A stretch of DNA of 64,000 bases. Origin: Bacteroidales bacterium. GTDB taxonomy: Bacteria > Bacteroidota > Bacteroidia > Bacteroidales > UBA1556. Both the position numbers and the translations under genes were made by a program. The notes under the pieces were generated by a model. The model saw nothing but the letters and a program-made list of their open reading frames with translations, ran no database searches and was not told the DNA's origin. Where the stretch lies: NCBI GenBank assembly GCA_015493685.1, contig WGCS01000034.1, positions 5,042-69,041 of the forward strand, given 5' to 3'. This document shows, piece by piece, positions 36,781-46,239 of this stretch; the first letter of the stretch is position 1, and each line of letters opens with the position of its first letter.

Positions 36781-37695
36781 ATGCCACGACCGGTACGTCA
36801 TAGACGAATGCAGAGACCTCCAATAATTAAAGGTTTTAAACCTTATGGGGGACAAGTACATTCCAGCGACAAGGTGAATTTGCTTATGGAAGAATATGAG
36901 AGTATTCGTTTACTTGATTTTGAAATGCATACTCAGCTACAAGGGGCTAAAATAATGGGTGTATCGCGCCCTACTTTTACCAGAATATATGAGTCTGCTC
37001 GCAAAAAAATTGCTTTGGCAATGGTGCTTTCAAAAGAACTTACTATTGGTGGAGGTAATGTTAGCTTGGAGGGAAGTTGGTATCGTTGTACTAAGTGTAA
37101 TGCTGTTTTTGAGCTTGGTAATGAAGAGGATATTGAAAAGATAAGCTGTCCTCACTGTCAATCTGATGAGTTTGAGAGTATCAATGATAAATTAAATCAA
37201 TTTGATAAGCCTCAATTTAATTACTTTCAAGATAGGCATAGTGCCGAGGCTGGATACTGCATTTGCAGAAATTGTGGAATGAAGATATCACATAAAAGAG
37301 GTTTCCCTTGTCGAAAGGTCGATTGCCCCAAATGCGGTATTCCGCTATTTCGTGAATCTGTACTCAGAAATGCTGAAATGAAAATAGCAGTTTCTGTTCA
37401 GTCGAATACGGATAATCCACTTTTTGATCCTAAATTCGGAAGAGCTGCTTATTTTGCCTTAATCGATAAGGGCAAAGTAGTTGATATTGTTGAAAATAGA
37501 GCTAAGGAATCTGCCGGAGGGGCAGGTCCGGCAGCAGTAAGTTTTGTGGCTTCGCTGGGGGTGAAAAGGGTAATCTCCGGTAGCTTTGGTAATAAGGCTG
37601 AATCAGCTTTGGAAGCCGCCGGCATTGAGGCAGATACCTTAAAGGGGCAGGAACTAACTATTAATGAGATAATTAAAAATATTATTCTAAAATAA
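36781..37695 (+). CDS. Fusion protein: UPF0251/DUF134 DNA-binding domain, two Cys4 zinc ribbons and a NifX/NifB-like cluster-binding domain
   Basis: MPRPVRHRRMQRPPIIKGFKPYG...EEYESIRLLDFEMHTQLQGAKIMGVSRPTFTRIYESARKKIA (DUF134). CTKC...CPHC and CRNC...CPKC (ribbons). MKIAVSVQSNTDNPLFDPKFGRAAYFALID...VISGSFGNKAESALEAAGIE (NifX-like). Confidence 0.7.
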   Translation: MPRPVRHRRMQRPPIIKGFKPYGGQVHSSDKVNLLMEEYESIRLLDFEMHTQLQGAKIMGVSRPTFTRIYESARKKIALAMVLSKELTIGGGNVSLEGSWYRCTKCNAVFELGNEEDIEKISCPHCQSDEFESINDKLNQFDKPQFNYFQDRHSAEAGYCICRNCGMKISHKRGFPCRKVDCPKCGIPLFRESVLRNAEMKIAVSVQSNTDNPLFDPKFGRAAYFALIDKGKVVDIVENRAKESAGGAGPAAVSFVASLGVKRVISGSFGNKAESALEAAGIEADTLKGQELTINEIIKNIILK

Positions 37696-37714
37696 ACATA
37701 TTAAAATTAGTATT

Positions 37715-38062
37715 ATGACAAAGAAAATAGCAATACCTATGGCAGGAGGCAGATTAAGTTTACATTTTGGCCATTGCGAACAATTTGCAATTATTGAAAT
37801 TCAAAATAATGAAATAGTGAAAGAATCATTGGTGAATCCTCCTGAGCATGTGCCGGGTTCTTATCCTAATTTTTTGGCCCAGCAGGGTGTTAATGAAGTT
37901 CTTGTGGGTGGTATTGGCCAAAAAGCTGTTGATATTTTTAATAAAAATAATATTAAAGTTCACATGGGAGCTCAAGAGAAATCTATGGCTGCCCTTATTG
38001 ATGATTATACCAATAATAGATTAGTTACGGGCATGAATCATTGTGATGGTGGTTGTGAATAA
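37715..38062 (+). CDS. NifX/NifB-like (dinitrogenase Fe-Mo cofactor biosynthesis domain family) protein
   Basis: 115 aa. KIAIPMAGGRLSLHFGHCEQFAIIEI...VLVGGIGQKAVDIFNKNNIKV. Confidence 0.75.
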   Translation: MTKKIAIPMAGGRLSLHFGHCEQFAIIEIQNNEIVKESLVNPPEHVPGSYPNFLAQQGVNEVLVGGIGQKAVDIFNKNNIKVHMGAQEKSMAALIDDYTNNRLVTGMNHCDGGCE

Positions 38063-38086
38063 TAGTATAATAAGACGGTTCTAATA

Positions 38087-38971
38087 ATGAAATTTGTTAT
38101 TGCAAGTGGCAAAGGAGGTACGGGTAAAACTACGGTAGCAGTTAATTTGTTCGAGGCCTTGCGTATGGAAGATAATATTCAGGTCGAGATTATTGATGCT
38201 GATGTGGAAGAGCCTAATGTACACTTATTTCTAGCTAAGGAGGCTGCTGATATCCACTGGGAAACGACAGTTGTAGAAGCAAAAATTCCAGCTATTAATA
38301 AGGATAACTGTACTTTTTGTGGTCGTTGCGTGCACTTCTGTGAATATGATGCCATAATTATGCAAGAGGAGAATCAACATATTGAAGTTGTTGAGGATTT
38401 ATGTACCTCTTGTGGGGCGTGTTTATACGCTTGCAATGACGGTGCTATTACCGAAGAAGAAGTATGTATAGGCAAATTGGGTGTTTATAATTATGAGAAT
38501 AAGCATCTACTTGAAGGAAGATTGGATGTCGGAAAACCATTTGCTGCACCTATTATTAAATCCTTGAAAGCATTAAAAAATCCCAATAGAATTAGTATTA
38601 TTGATTCTCCACCGGGTATTTCTCGTACTGTTGTTGAGGTGATGTATGATGCCGAATTTATAATTGTTGTTGCTGAACCATCGCCATTTGGACTCAATGA
38701 TTTAAAATTAATGGTGAAGACTTTAACTAATATGCGGAAAGATTTTGGGGTGGTTATTAATAGGTCTTATGGAGAATATAAAGAAGTGCATCATTTTTTG
38801 GAAAAGAAACAGATTCCTTTATTAATGGAGATTCCTTTTAAACGAGAATATGCTAAATTGAATTCGCAAATAGAGTTGCTTATTCATCACGATGAAGACC
38901 TTCGACTTAAGTTTATAGCTCTTTTTGAAGAGGCAAAGAATATATATATTCAAAAGAGTATGTACCGTTGA
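38087..38971 (+). CDS. MinD/ParA-superfamily P-loop ATPase with an inserted 2x[4Fe-4S] ferredoxin domain
   Basis: Deviant Walker A ASGKGGTGKTT. CTFCGRCVHFC and CTSCGACLYAC. Second half IIDSPPGISR. Confidence 0.85.
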   Translation: MKFVIASGKGGTGKTTVAVNLFEALRMEDNIQVEIIDADVEEPNVHLFLAKEAADIHWETTVVEAKIPAINKDNCTFCGRCVHFCEYDAIIMQEENQHIEVVEDLCTSCGACLYACNDGAITEEEVCIGKLGVYNYENKHLLEGRLDVGKPFAAPIIKSLKALKNPNRISIIDSPPGISRTVVEVMYDAEFIIVVAEPSPFGLNDLKLMVKTLTNMRKDFGVVINRSYGEYKEVHHFLEKKQIPLLMEIPFKREYAKLNSQIELLIHHDEDLRLKFIALFEEAKNIYIQKSMYR

Positions 38972-39006
38972 CGGTATAGATAAGAGATTATTTTAGTGTA
39001 TTTTAT

Positions 39007-39014
39007 TACGTTTG
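39007..39014 (+). promoter_or_regulatory. Possible internal -7 box TAcgTTTG in the gap between the two ATPase genes
   Basis: Perfect TAnnTTTG, 160 bp upstream of the ATG at 39175 and 47 bp upstream of a 30-codon sORF (39061..39153). Confidence 0.3.
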
Positions 39015-39174
39015 TATAAAATTATTGCACCCTTTCAAAGCATAAATAATTTGCTTGATTATGATGGGTATCAAGTTATATAATGGATTGTCTGGGCATT
39101 TATATAAATGGATTAATTATTATGGACAACAAACAGCTAAATTAGCACAATAGATAGATTAACAAGACTCAATA

Positions 39175-40050
39175 ATGAAACAAATAACGCTTATCAGCGG
39201 TAAAAATGGTACGGGGAAGACAAGTTTAACAGCTGCTTTTGCCGCTATGGTGCAGAATGCTGCTTTTGCTGATTGTGATGTTGATGCAGCTGATTTGCAT
39301 ATTATTTTTACGCCCAATATTATCGAACAATTTGATTTTGTAGGGAATAAAAAAGTAGTTATCCAACAAGAGGAATGCATCCGTTGTGCTTTATGTCATA
39401 CCCTTTGTCGTTTTAGTGCAATTGATCATATCAGAAATCAGTTTTATGTACGTGAATTTTCTTGTCAGGGATGTGATTTGTGCCGCAAGAGCTGTCCCGT
39501 AGGGGCAATTGAACAGATTGATAGAAAAAGTGGGGATTACTTTATATCAGATTCTCGCTTTGGTCTTATTGTTCATGCCCAACTTGGAGTAGGAGAGGAT
39601 TTTAGTGGCAAGTTGGTAACTTTGGTAAGAGAGAATGCTTTGAAAGTAGCCAATCAATACAATAAGGAGTACATTATTATTGATGGACCTCCCGGTATTG
39701 GTAATACGGCTATGTCTAGTATTAATGGAGTTGACTTAGCATTGATAATTGCTGAGCCGACTCAAAGTAGTTTGCATAATCTTAAAAGAATGTTTACTCT
39801 GACAACCAAATTAGCTGTTCCCGCTGCTGTAATTATTAATAAGAGTGATCTCAACCCGGAGATGACCATAGAAATTATAAATTATTGTCAGGAAAATAAA
39901 CTTCAACTCATTGCCGAAGTACCCTATGATAGAGATTTTACTTATGCTATGTTTCAACAAAAATCGTTGACTGAATATAAACCTGAATCGCCCACTGTAG
40001 CTATTATAGAACGTGCATGGAATAGAATTCAAAAACAGCTATTTCTCTAA
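39175..40050 (+). CDS. MinD/ParA-superfamily P-loop ATPase with an inserted 2x[4Fe-4S] ferredoxin domain (paralogue)
   Basis: Walker A ISGKNGTGKTS. CIRCALCHTLC and CQGCDLCRKSC. IIDGPPGIGN. Confidence 0.85.
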   Translation: MKQITLISGKNGTGKTSLTAAFAAMVQNAAFADCDVDAADLHIIFTPNIIEQFDFVGNKKVVIQQEECIRCALCHTLCRFSAIDHIRNQFYVREFSCQGCDLCRKSCPVGAIEQIDRKSGDYFISDSRFGLIVHAQLGVGEDFSGKLVTLVRENALKVANQYNKEYIIIDGPPGIGNTAMSSINGVDLALIIAEPTQSSLHNLKRMFTLTTKLAVPAAVIINKSDLNPEMTIEIINYCQENKLQLIAEVPYDRDFTYAMFQQKSLTEYKPESPTVAIIERAWNRIQKQLFL

Positions 40051-40068
40051 TCGAGCTTCTGTTGACAA

Positions 40069-40428
40069 CTATGGAATAAGATTATAAGGTTTGCTATTTT
40101 GTTCTGTGGGATGTGGATTCCGAAAGTTTTTGGCGCGTTCGCTGCGGCTAATTACCAAGTATAGTCCTATGGCTACAAGAGCTATAAGTAATACTATTTT
40201 CCATGATTTACTATTTTGGGCAGTACCCCCTTTTATTTCAATTGGTGTTCCTTCTATTTCCATCCCTAATACATCACGTTGGGGTACAAACTCATTTTCT
40301 GAATCAATAATAGGGTTGTCACTATTTTTTCTAAGTAGTTTTCGACTAGAGATAACATAAATAACAATAATTAGTAGTCCTAAAGCCAGTAGTAAACTTC
40401 CCATTCCGTCTATTTTATCAAGTTGCAT
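40069..40428 (-). CDS. Hypothetical small membrane protein (two TM segments)
   Basis: 119 aa. TM segments GSLLLALGLLIIVIYVI and IVLLIALVAIGLYLVI. No family recognised. Confidence 0.4.
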   Translation of the reverse strand: MQLDKIDGMGSLLLALGLLIIVIYVISSRKLLRKNSDNPIIDSENEFVPQRDVLGMEIEGTPIEIKGGTAQNSKSWKIVLLIALVAIGLYLVISRSERAKNFRNPHPTEQNSKPYNLIP

Positions 40429-40475
40429 GGTGTTGGTATTAGTAATGATTAATTAGGGTTGATACTAGTAGGGAT

Positions 40476-40515
40476 AAAAAATCTGTCTGCAAAGCGAATG
40501 CTTATGCAGACAGAT
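40476..40515 (-). terminator. Rho-independent terminator of the leucine-catabolic operon
   Basis: ATCTGTCTGCA...TGCAGACAGAT, an 11-bp perfect stem. On the minus strand a T5 tract follows (plus-strand AAAAA at 40476-40480). It lies 28 bp after the HMG-CoA lyase stop. Confidence 0.75.
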
Positions 40516-40542
40516 TAAAAGAATGCAAATAGGATAAGAGGT

Positions 40543-41550
40543 TTATCTCCCTGATAAACTTTTTGGTATTCTCCCCGTTTTTATACATTCAGAACGTAGT
40601 CTTCGGCCAACAATACGCTCTACCATATTTCCTATCTCGAGTACTTTATCAATATCAAGATTAGTCTCAATATTCATCTCGTCCATCATTACCACCATAT
40701 CTTCCGTAGAGACTAATCCAGCCAGATTAGGGTCTTTATAATAATATTTTCCGGTGCCGGCAACAGGGACACCACTAACAAAATTTGCCGGTTGGCCTCC
40801 TAATCCACCCATCGAGGACTCATAATTAGTCATTCCGGCTTGTAATGCAGCTAATACATTGGCCAGTCCCCATCCTCTGGTGCTATGGAAATGGGCGATA
40901 TGTTTATCCGGCTTACCAAAATGATCTAAGAGCATACTGAAATATCTATATACTCTGTCGGGAGAGGCAGAACCATCATGGTCGGCATGTTCCACATCAT
41001 TGGCTCCAATATCGATCCATCGTTGGGCAAAATCAATGGCTTTACTCATATCTGTTGGCCCTTCAATGGGACAGCCCCAAATTGTACTTACCGTGCCGTT
41101 TACTCGTATGCCTGCATCATGGGCTTTGGGAATCCATTCTTCAGCCATTTTCCAATAATCTTTTAGACTTAAACCTGAGTTTTGTCGGTGGTGTGATTCA
41201 CTGGTGGAAACCATTAATAATATCCTGTCAGGGCCATAACCTTCTTTCTTCGCTTGTATGGCACGTTCAATAGCACGCTCCCGAATTGTTATGGCTGTTA
41301 AGCTTACGTCGTCGAGAAGACCTTTTACTTTTTTACTATTGTGTATGCCTTTAAAAAGCTCATCAGCATCTTTAAATTGGGGCATCCCCTTTGGATTGCC
41401 AAAGTTGGATACTTCAATGTGTTTGAATCCTGCCAATACTAACTGCTCAAGAGTCCATAGCTTGGCCTCGGTAGGAATAAATTGTTCCTCATGTTGGAAT
41501 CCATCTCTTACCGTAATGTCACCTATGGTTACTTTCTTTGGGTAGTTCAT
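40543..41550 (-). CDS. Hydroxymethylglutaryl-CoA lyase family protein
   Basis: 335 aa TIM-barrel DRE family. VTIGDITVRDGFQHEEQFIPT...FKHIEVSNFG...HFHSTRGWGLANVLAALQAG. Last gene of the liu-type operon. Confidence 0.75.
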   Translation of the reverse strand: MNYPKKVTIGDITVRDGFQHEEQFIPTEAKLWTLEQLVLAGFKHIEVSNFGNPKGMPQFKDADELFKGIHNSKKVKGLLDDVSLTAITIRERAIERAIQAKKEGYGPDRILLMVSTSESHHRQNSGLSLKDYWKMAEEWIPKAHDAGIRVNGTVSTIWGCPIEGPTDMSKAIDFAQRWIDIGANDVEHADHDGSASPDRVYRYFSMLLDHFGKPDKHIAHFHSTRGWGLANVLAALQAGMTNYESSMGGLGGQPANFVSGVPVAGTGKYYYKDPNLAGLVSTEDMVVMMDEMNIETNLDIDKVLEIGNMVERIVGRRLRSECIKTGRIPKSLSGR

Positions 41551-41576
41551 AGTGTTTGTTTTTGATTGTTATATAG

Positions 41577-42233
41577 TTATAATTTCATTTCGGGAATATC
41601 TCCTTCGATAATTAAAGGAGCATCTGTATTGGCAATAATATCTTCTACACTTACGCCGGGAGCTCTTTCCATAAGCTTAAATCCTTGCTTAGTAACCTCT
41701 ATTACTGCCATATCCGAGACTATTTTCTTAACGCAATTAACACCGGTGAGGGGTAAATCGCATTGAGTTTTTAATTTGGATTTTCCGTGTCGGTCAACAT
41801 GAGTTGTGGCTACAATAATATTTTTTGCTGCTGCAACCAAGTCCATGGCGCCACCCATTCCTTTAACCATTTTGCCGGGAATTTTCCAGGAGGAAATATC
41901 CCCTTTATCACTAACTTCAAAGGCGCCGAGTACGGTTAAGTCAATATGACCACCTCGTATCATGGCGAAACTTAATGAAGAATCGAAAAATGCTGAACCT
42001 GGAAGGTAAGTAACGGTTTGTTTTCCTGCATTTATAAGGTCTGGATCGGCTTCTCCTTTCTTTGGAAAAGGACCTATCCCCAATAATCCATTCTCTGATT
42101 GGAGTACTACATCCATCCCTTGGGGAATATAATTTGCTACTAAAGTTGGAATGCCAATGCCTAAATTGACATAATATCCGTCTTGCAACTCTTGGGCAAT
42201 ACGTTGTGCTATTTCTGTTTTACTTAAAGCCAT
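41577..42233 (-). CDS. scoB: 3-oxoacid CoA-transferase subunit B
   Basis: 218 aa. LQSENGLLGIGP with the catalytic Glu motif, and GMGGAMDLV. Confidence 0.9.
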   Translation of the reverse strand: MALSKTEIAQRIAQELQDGYYVNLGIGIPTLVANYIPQGMDVVLQSENGLLGIGPFPKKGEADPDLINAGKQTVTYLPGSAFFDSSLSFAMIRGGHIDLTVLGAFEVSDKGDISSWKIPGKMVKGMGGAMDLVAAAKNIIVATTHVDRHGKSKLKTQCDLPLTGVNCVKKIVSDMAVIEVTKQGFKLMERAPGVSVEDIIANTDAPLIIEGDIPEMKL

Positions 42234-42258
42234 AATTCTTTTTGTTCAAGGTTAATAA

Positions 42259-42951
42259 CTAGTCTTGAGTTGTCTCAAATTCAATCCTTTTCTCATAGTT
42301 CTCTCCTTGGAATATTCGTTGTACAAATACTCCTGGAAGATGAATTTGATTTGGATCTAATTCGCCTACTTCTACCAACTCATCTACTTCGGCGATGGTG
42401 ATTTTTCCTGCCATGCCCATGGGTTGATTAAAGTTGTTGGCAGTATAACGGAAAATTAGATTGCCGGCCTTATCTCCCTTCCATGCTTTGATGATAGAAA
42501 AATCGGCTTTTAATGCCCGTTCCAAAATATGAGGCTTTCCATCGAAAACTCTTACTTCTTTTCCTTCGGCTACTTCTGTTCCATAACCAGCCGGTACAAA
42601 GAATGCGGGTATGCCTGCTCCTCCGGCTCTAATTCGCTCGGCAAGAGTACCTTGTGGATTGAGTTCAACTTCTAATTCACCACTAAGCATTTGGCGTTCA
42701 AATTCTTTGTTTTCACCAACATAAGAAGAAATCATTTTTTTTATTTGGTGCTTTTTGAGTAATAAACCTAATCCAAAATCATCAACACCGGCATTATTAG
42801 AGATGCAAGTGAGCCCTGTGGTCTCTTGATCTACTAAAGCATTGATGCAATTTTCCGGGATACCACAGAGTCCAAATCCTCCCAACATTAATGTTTGATG
42901 GTCTTGGATGTCAGCAATTGCTTCGGCTGCATTTTTAACTACTTTATTCAT
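42259..42951 (-). CDS. scoA: 3-oxoacid CoA-transferase subunit A
   Basis: 230 aa. [41 protein letters not shown]. Confidence 0.9.
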   Translation of the reverse strand: MNKVVKNAAEAIADIQDHQTLMLGGFGLCGIPENCINALVDQETTGLTCISNNAGVDDFGLGLLLKKHQIKKMISSYVGENKEFERQMLSGELEVELNPQGTLAERIRAGGAGIPAFFVPAGYGTEVAEGKEVRVFDGKPHILERALKADFSIIKAWKGDKAGNLIFRYTANNFNQPMGMAGKITIAEVDELVEVGELDPNQIHLPGVFVQRIFQGENYEKRIEFETTQD

Positions 42952-43001
42952 CGTTATTGTTTTTGTGTTAATATTTTATTGATTATGAAAAAAAGATTTT
43001 C

Positions 43002-44150
43002 TTAACAACCAATATACCTTGAAATTACCAGCCGCTGTATCTCACTGGTTCCTTCACCTATTTGTAATAATCTTTGGTCACGATAAAATCGTTCCACATC
43101 ATAATCTTTCATAAGTCCATAGCCGCCATGAATTTGCACTGCTTCGTCGGCTACTTCTTTAGCTATCTCAGAGCAATAAAGTTTGGCCATAGCAGCCTCC
43201 TTGGCAAAGGCTTTGTGTTCATCTTTAAGCCAGCATGCTTTATAGAGTAAGTTTCTTGCCAGCTCTATTTTCATTGCCATATCAGCAAGTTTGAAAGCAT
43301 TAATCTGAAATTTGGAAATAGCTTTGCCAAATTGTTTTCTTTCTTTAGCATAACTTAGTGCTGCTTCATAAGCTCCTTGTGCTGCTCCCAATCCCATGGC
43401 TGCAATACTTAAACGTCCGTTGTCCAAAGTGGAAAGCATAATATGTGATCCTTCCCCTATTTTTCCCAATAAGTTTTTTTCGTCAACTTCGCAATCATCA
43501 AAATAGAGCTCTGATGTGTCAGAAGCACGCCACATCATTTTATTATGCATTGTTCGTTGGGTAAAGCCTTTTGTTCCTTTATCTACAATAATGCAAGTGT
43601 ATTCTTTCTTACCGTTCTCGTAAACTTTGGTAACAGCTTGTACAGTGCTTCCCAAATTAAAATCGTTGGAACCGTTAGTGATAAATATTTTTGATCCGTT
43701 GATGGTCCATTTTCCGTCTTCGAGTTTAGCCATGGTTTTAGAACCGCGCGAATCAGAGCCAGCCTCAGGTTCCGTAAGCCCAAAGCCCCAAAGCCCTTTG
43801 CCGCTACATAAGGCAGGTAAATATTTTATCTTTTGCTCCTCGGTGCCATAGTAATACAATGGACCAATTCCCAGTGAGTTGTGTGCTGCTAATGTTGCTG
43901 CTTGTGAACCATCAACTCTTGCTAGTTCCTCAACAGCAATAATATATGAGAGGGTGTCCATTCCTTGTCCACCGTATTTTTCCGGTAAATACATACCAAA
44001 TAAACCCAATTCTCCCATTTTCTCTGTTAGCTCATAAGAAAATTTAGCTTTTTCATCAAGCTCTTGAGCGATGGGTTTTATCTCTCGCTCAGCAAAATCA
44101 CGAACTGTTTGTCGTATTAGCTTTTGTTCTTCTGTTAAATCAAAATTCAT
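43002..44150 (-). CDS. Acyl-CoA dehydrogenase (isovaleryl-CoA dehydrogenase by context)
   Basis: 382 aa. GFGLTEPEAGSD, QIHGGYGLMKDYDVERFYRDQRLLQIGEGTSEIQRLVI. Substrate assignment rests on operon context only. Confidence 0.8.
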   Translation of the reverse strand: MNFDLTEEQKLIRQTVRDFAEREIKPIAQELDEKAKFSYELTEKMGELGLFGMYLPEKYGGQGMDTLSYIIAVEELARVDGSQAATLAAHNSLGIGPLYYYGTEEQKIKYLPALCSGKGLWGFGLTEPEAGSDSRGSKTMAKLEDGKWTINGSKIFITNGSNDFNLGSTVQAVTKVYENGKKEYTCIIVDKGTKGFTQRTMHNKMMWRASDTSELYFDDCEVDEKNLLGKIGEGSHIMLSTLDNGRLSIAAMGLGAAQGAYEAALSYAKERKQFGKAISKFQINAFKLADMAMKIELARNLLYKACWLKDEHKAFAKEAAMAKLYCSEIAKEVADEAVQIHGGYGLMKDYDVERFYRDQRLLQIGEGTSEIQRLVISRYIGC

Positions 44151-44194
44151 TTTATTCTATGTTTTTGTGGCCTAATATAAAGGCTTTGTTTGTG

Positions 44195-46201
44195 TTAGTT
44201 TTCTTCTGTTTCTTCTATTTCTTCCAGAATGATAAGAGCCGTGTTTCCATCAACCATTTCTCCTTCTTTGGTCGTTATGGTCATTACTTTTCCATCACGT
44301 ATTGCAATAATGTTATTCTCCATCTTCATCGCTTCAACAACTATAAGACGATCTCCTTTTTTTACTTCATCTCCTTCATTGATGTGAATTTTTATTACTT
44401 TACCAGGCATTGGCGATTTTATCATATTACCGCTTCCCGCATCTTCTTCATTAATAAAAAAATCAGTATCATATAATAAATCAGTACGTTTTAAGAGAAA
44501 AGTAAAACCGTTATAACTTATTCTACTTCCTTGGTCTGCGGCTTCTGAAATGGAAAAGTTGAGGCAATGGCCGTTGATATTTATACGAATGAAGTGAGCC
44601 TCGTTTTGTTTAATGTTGCATTGGTAGCTTTTGCCTTGAATAAGCAGCTCTAATTCCCCTTTGTTCGCTCTGATTAATTCTGCGCTAATTATCTCTTCAT
44701 TATATTGTACTTCAATGAGTTGTTTGCTGCGCCAATAACCGATTGCATTCCATACAGTATCCTTAGCGTTAATCTTATGGTTTGTTAGATTATGCGAAAG
44801 ATATGCTGCCACTATATTATTGATATCAATAGTAGCTTCTTCCTTTGAGATACTTAAAAGGAGGTCTTCGGTGTTTTCATCACAAAACTTAGTGCTGATA
44901 TTATTTTCCACAAAGGCTTTGGATTGTAACATTGCTATTAAATAAGGTATATTAGTATTTATACCATGGATAATATAATTGCGTAGTGCTTGGGTAAGCC
45001 TTTCGTTAGCAATTTCACGATTAGGTCCAAAGGCAATTAATTTACTAATCATCGGGTCGAAGAAACTATGAATTGTAGTAGGCCCATCAAGAGCTGCATC
45101 GAGGCGAAGGTTATCACCTTCAGGAGATTTATAATAGTTTATATCACCTGGAGTTGGTCTGAAATTATTCTCTGGCTCTTCCGCATAAATACGCGCTTCG
45201 ATGGCGTGGCCTCGCTGATGAATATCCTTTTGTGAAAAGGATAAAGCATTGCCGGCGGCAACTTGAATTTGCTCTCCAACAATGTCAATGCCTGTTACCA
45301 TTTCTGTAATAGGATGTTCTACTTGTATTCGCGTATTCATTTCCAGAAAGTAGTAATTCTTATTTTTATCCAATAAAAACTCGATGGTCCCGGCACTATC
45401 GTAATTAATAGCCTTGGCAATCTCTACTGCTGTAGCTCCCATTTTTTCGCGTATAGCCTGATCCAAAGTAGGAGAGGGGCTCTCTTCAATGATTTTTTGA
45501 TAGCGCCGTTGTATGCTGCATTCTCTTTCGTAGAGGTGGATTACATTCCCCTGTTTATCGCCAATAATTTGTATTTCGATATGTCGTGGATCTTCAATAA
45601 ATTGTTCAATAAAGACTTCCTTATCGCCAAAATAGGCCAATGCTTCGCGGCTTGTAGATTCGATAATCTCATCCAAATCATCCAAACTGTTAACTATTCT
45701 CATTCCTTTGCCACCACCGCCGGCAGCGGCTTTTACTAAGATAGGCAGTGGAATATTTTTAGCAGCTTCCTTAAGCTCTTCAAGAGTACCAGTGGCTCCT
45801 TTGGTCATTGGTACCCCTATTTTTTCAACGAAAGCTCTGGATTCTACTTTGTTTCCCATAAGTTGAATGGCGCGTGTACTTGGTCCGATAAACGAAATAT
45901 TAGCTTTGGTACATTCTGCTACTAACAAAGGGTTTTCTGCTAGAAATCCATAACCGGGATGTATGGCTTCGCTTTTTGAACGGAGGGCAATGTCGATGAT
46001 TTTGGCCACATTTAAATAGCTATCGCTTAAATCTTGCTCTCCTATAAAATAGGCTTCATCAGCCAAGCGGGTATGTAAAGCATTTTCGTCGGGGCGGGAG
46101 TAAACAGCCACGGTTTGAATACCCATTTTCTTTGCTGCTTTTATAATACGAACAGCTATTTCTCCTCTATTGGCAATTAGTATTTTATTAAATATCTTCA
46201 T
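44195..46201 (-). CDS. Biotin-dependent acyl-CoA carboxylase alpha subunit (biotin carboxylase plus BCCP). Methylcrotonyl-CoA carboxylase alpha by context.
   Basis: 668 aa. ILIANRGEIAVRII, ATP-grasp KAAAGGGGKGMR, and C-terminal biotinyl motif VVEAMKMEN. Confidence 0.85.
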   Translation of the reverse strand: MKIFNKILIANRGEIAVRIIKAAKKMGIQTVAVYSRPDENALHTRLADEAYFIGEQDLSDSYLNVAKIIDIALRSKSEAIHPGYGFLAENPLLVAECTKANISFIGPSTRAIQLMGNKVESRAFVEKIGVPMTKGATGTLEELKEAAKNIPLPILVKAAAGGGGKGMRIVNSLDDLDEIIESTSREALAYFGDKEVFIEQFIEDPRHIEIQIIGDKQGNVIHLYERECSIQRRYQKIIEESPSPTLDQAIREKMGATAVEIAKAINYDSAGTIEFLLDKNKNYYFLEMNTRIQVEHPITEMVTGIDIVGEQIQVAAGNALSFSQKDIHQRGHAIEARIYAEEPENNFRPTPGDINYYKSPEGDNLRLDAALDGPTTIHSFFDPMISKLIAFGPNREIANERLTQALRNYIIHGINTNIPYLIAMLQSKAFVENNISTKFCDENTEDLLLSISKEEATIDINNIVAAYLSHNLTNHKINAKDTVWNAIGYWRSKQLIEVQYNEEIISAELIRANKGELELLIQGKSYQCNIKQNEAHFIRININGHCLNFSISEAADQGSRISYNGFTFLLKRTDLLYDTDFFINEEDAGSGNMIKSPMPGKVIKIHINEGDEVKKGDRLIVVEAMKMENNIIAIRDGKVMTITTKEGEMVDGNTALIILEEIEETEEN

Positions 46202-46239
46202 TTTCGTGTTTTGTAGTTCTAACTGATTTTACCCATCTT

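Noticed and set aside
36781-40050. Possible nitrogen-fixation (nif) cluster because of the NifX/NifB-like domains
   Set aside because: No nifH, nifD, nifK, nifE, nifN or radical-SAM NifB domain is present. NifX-like domains with MinD/ferredoxin ATPases occur widely in non-diazotrophs.
44159-44476. 105-aa plus-strand ORF
   Set aside because: It lies entirely antisense to the 3' end of the biotin carboxylase/BCCP gene, whose product has strong motifs. The ORF product is low-complexity and Phe/Ile-rich, typical of antisense frames in AT-rich DNA.
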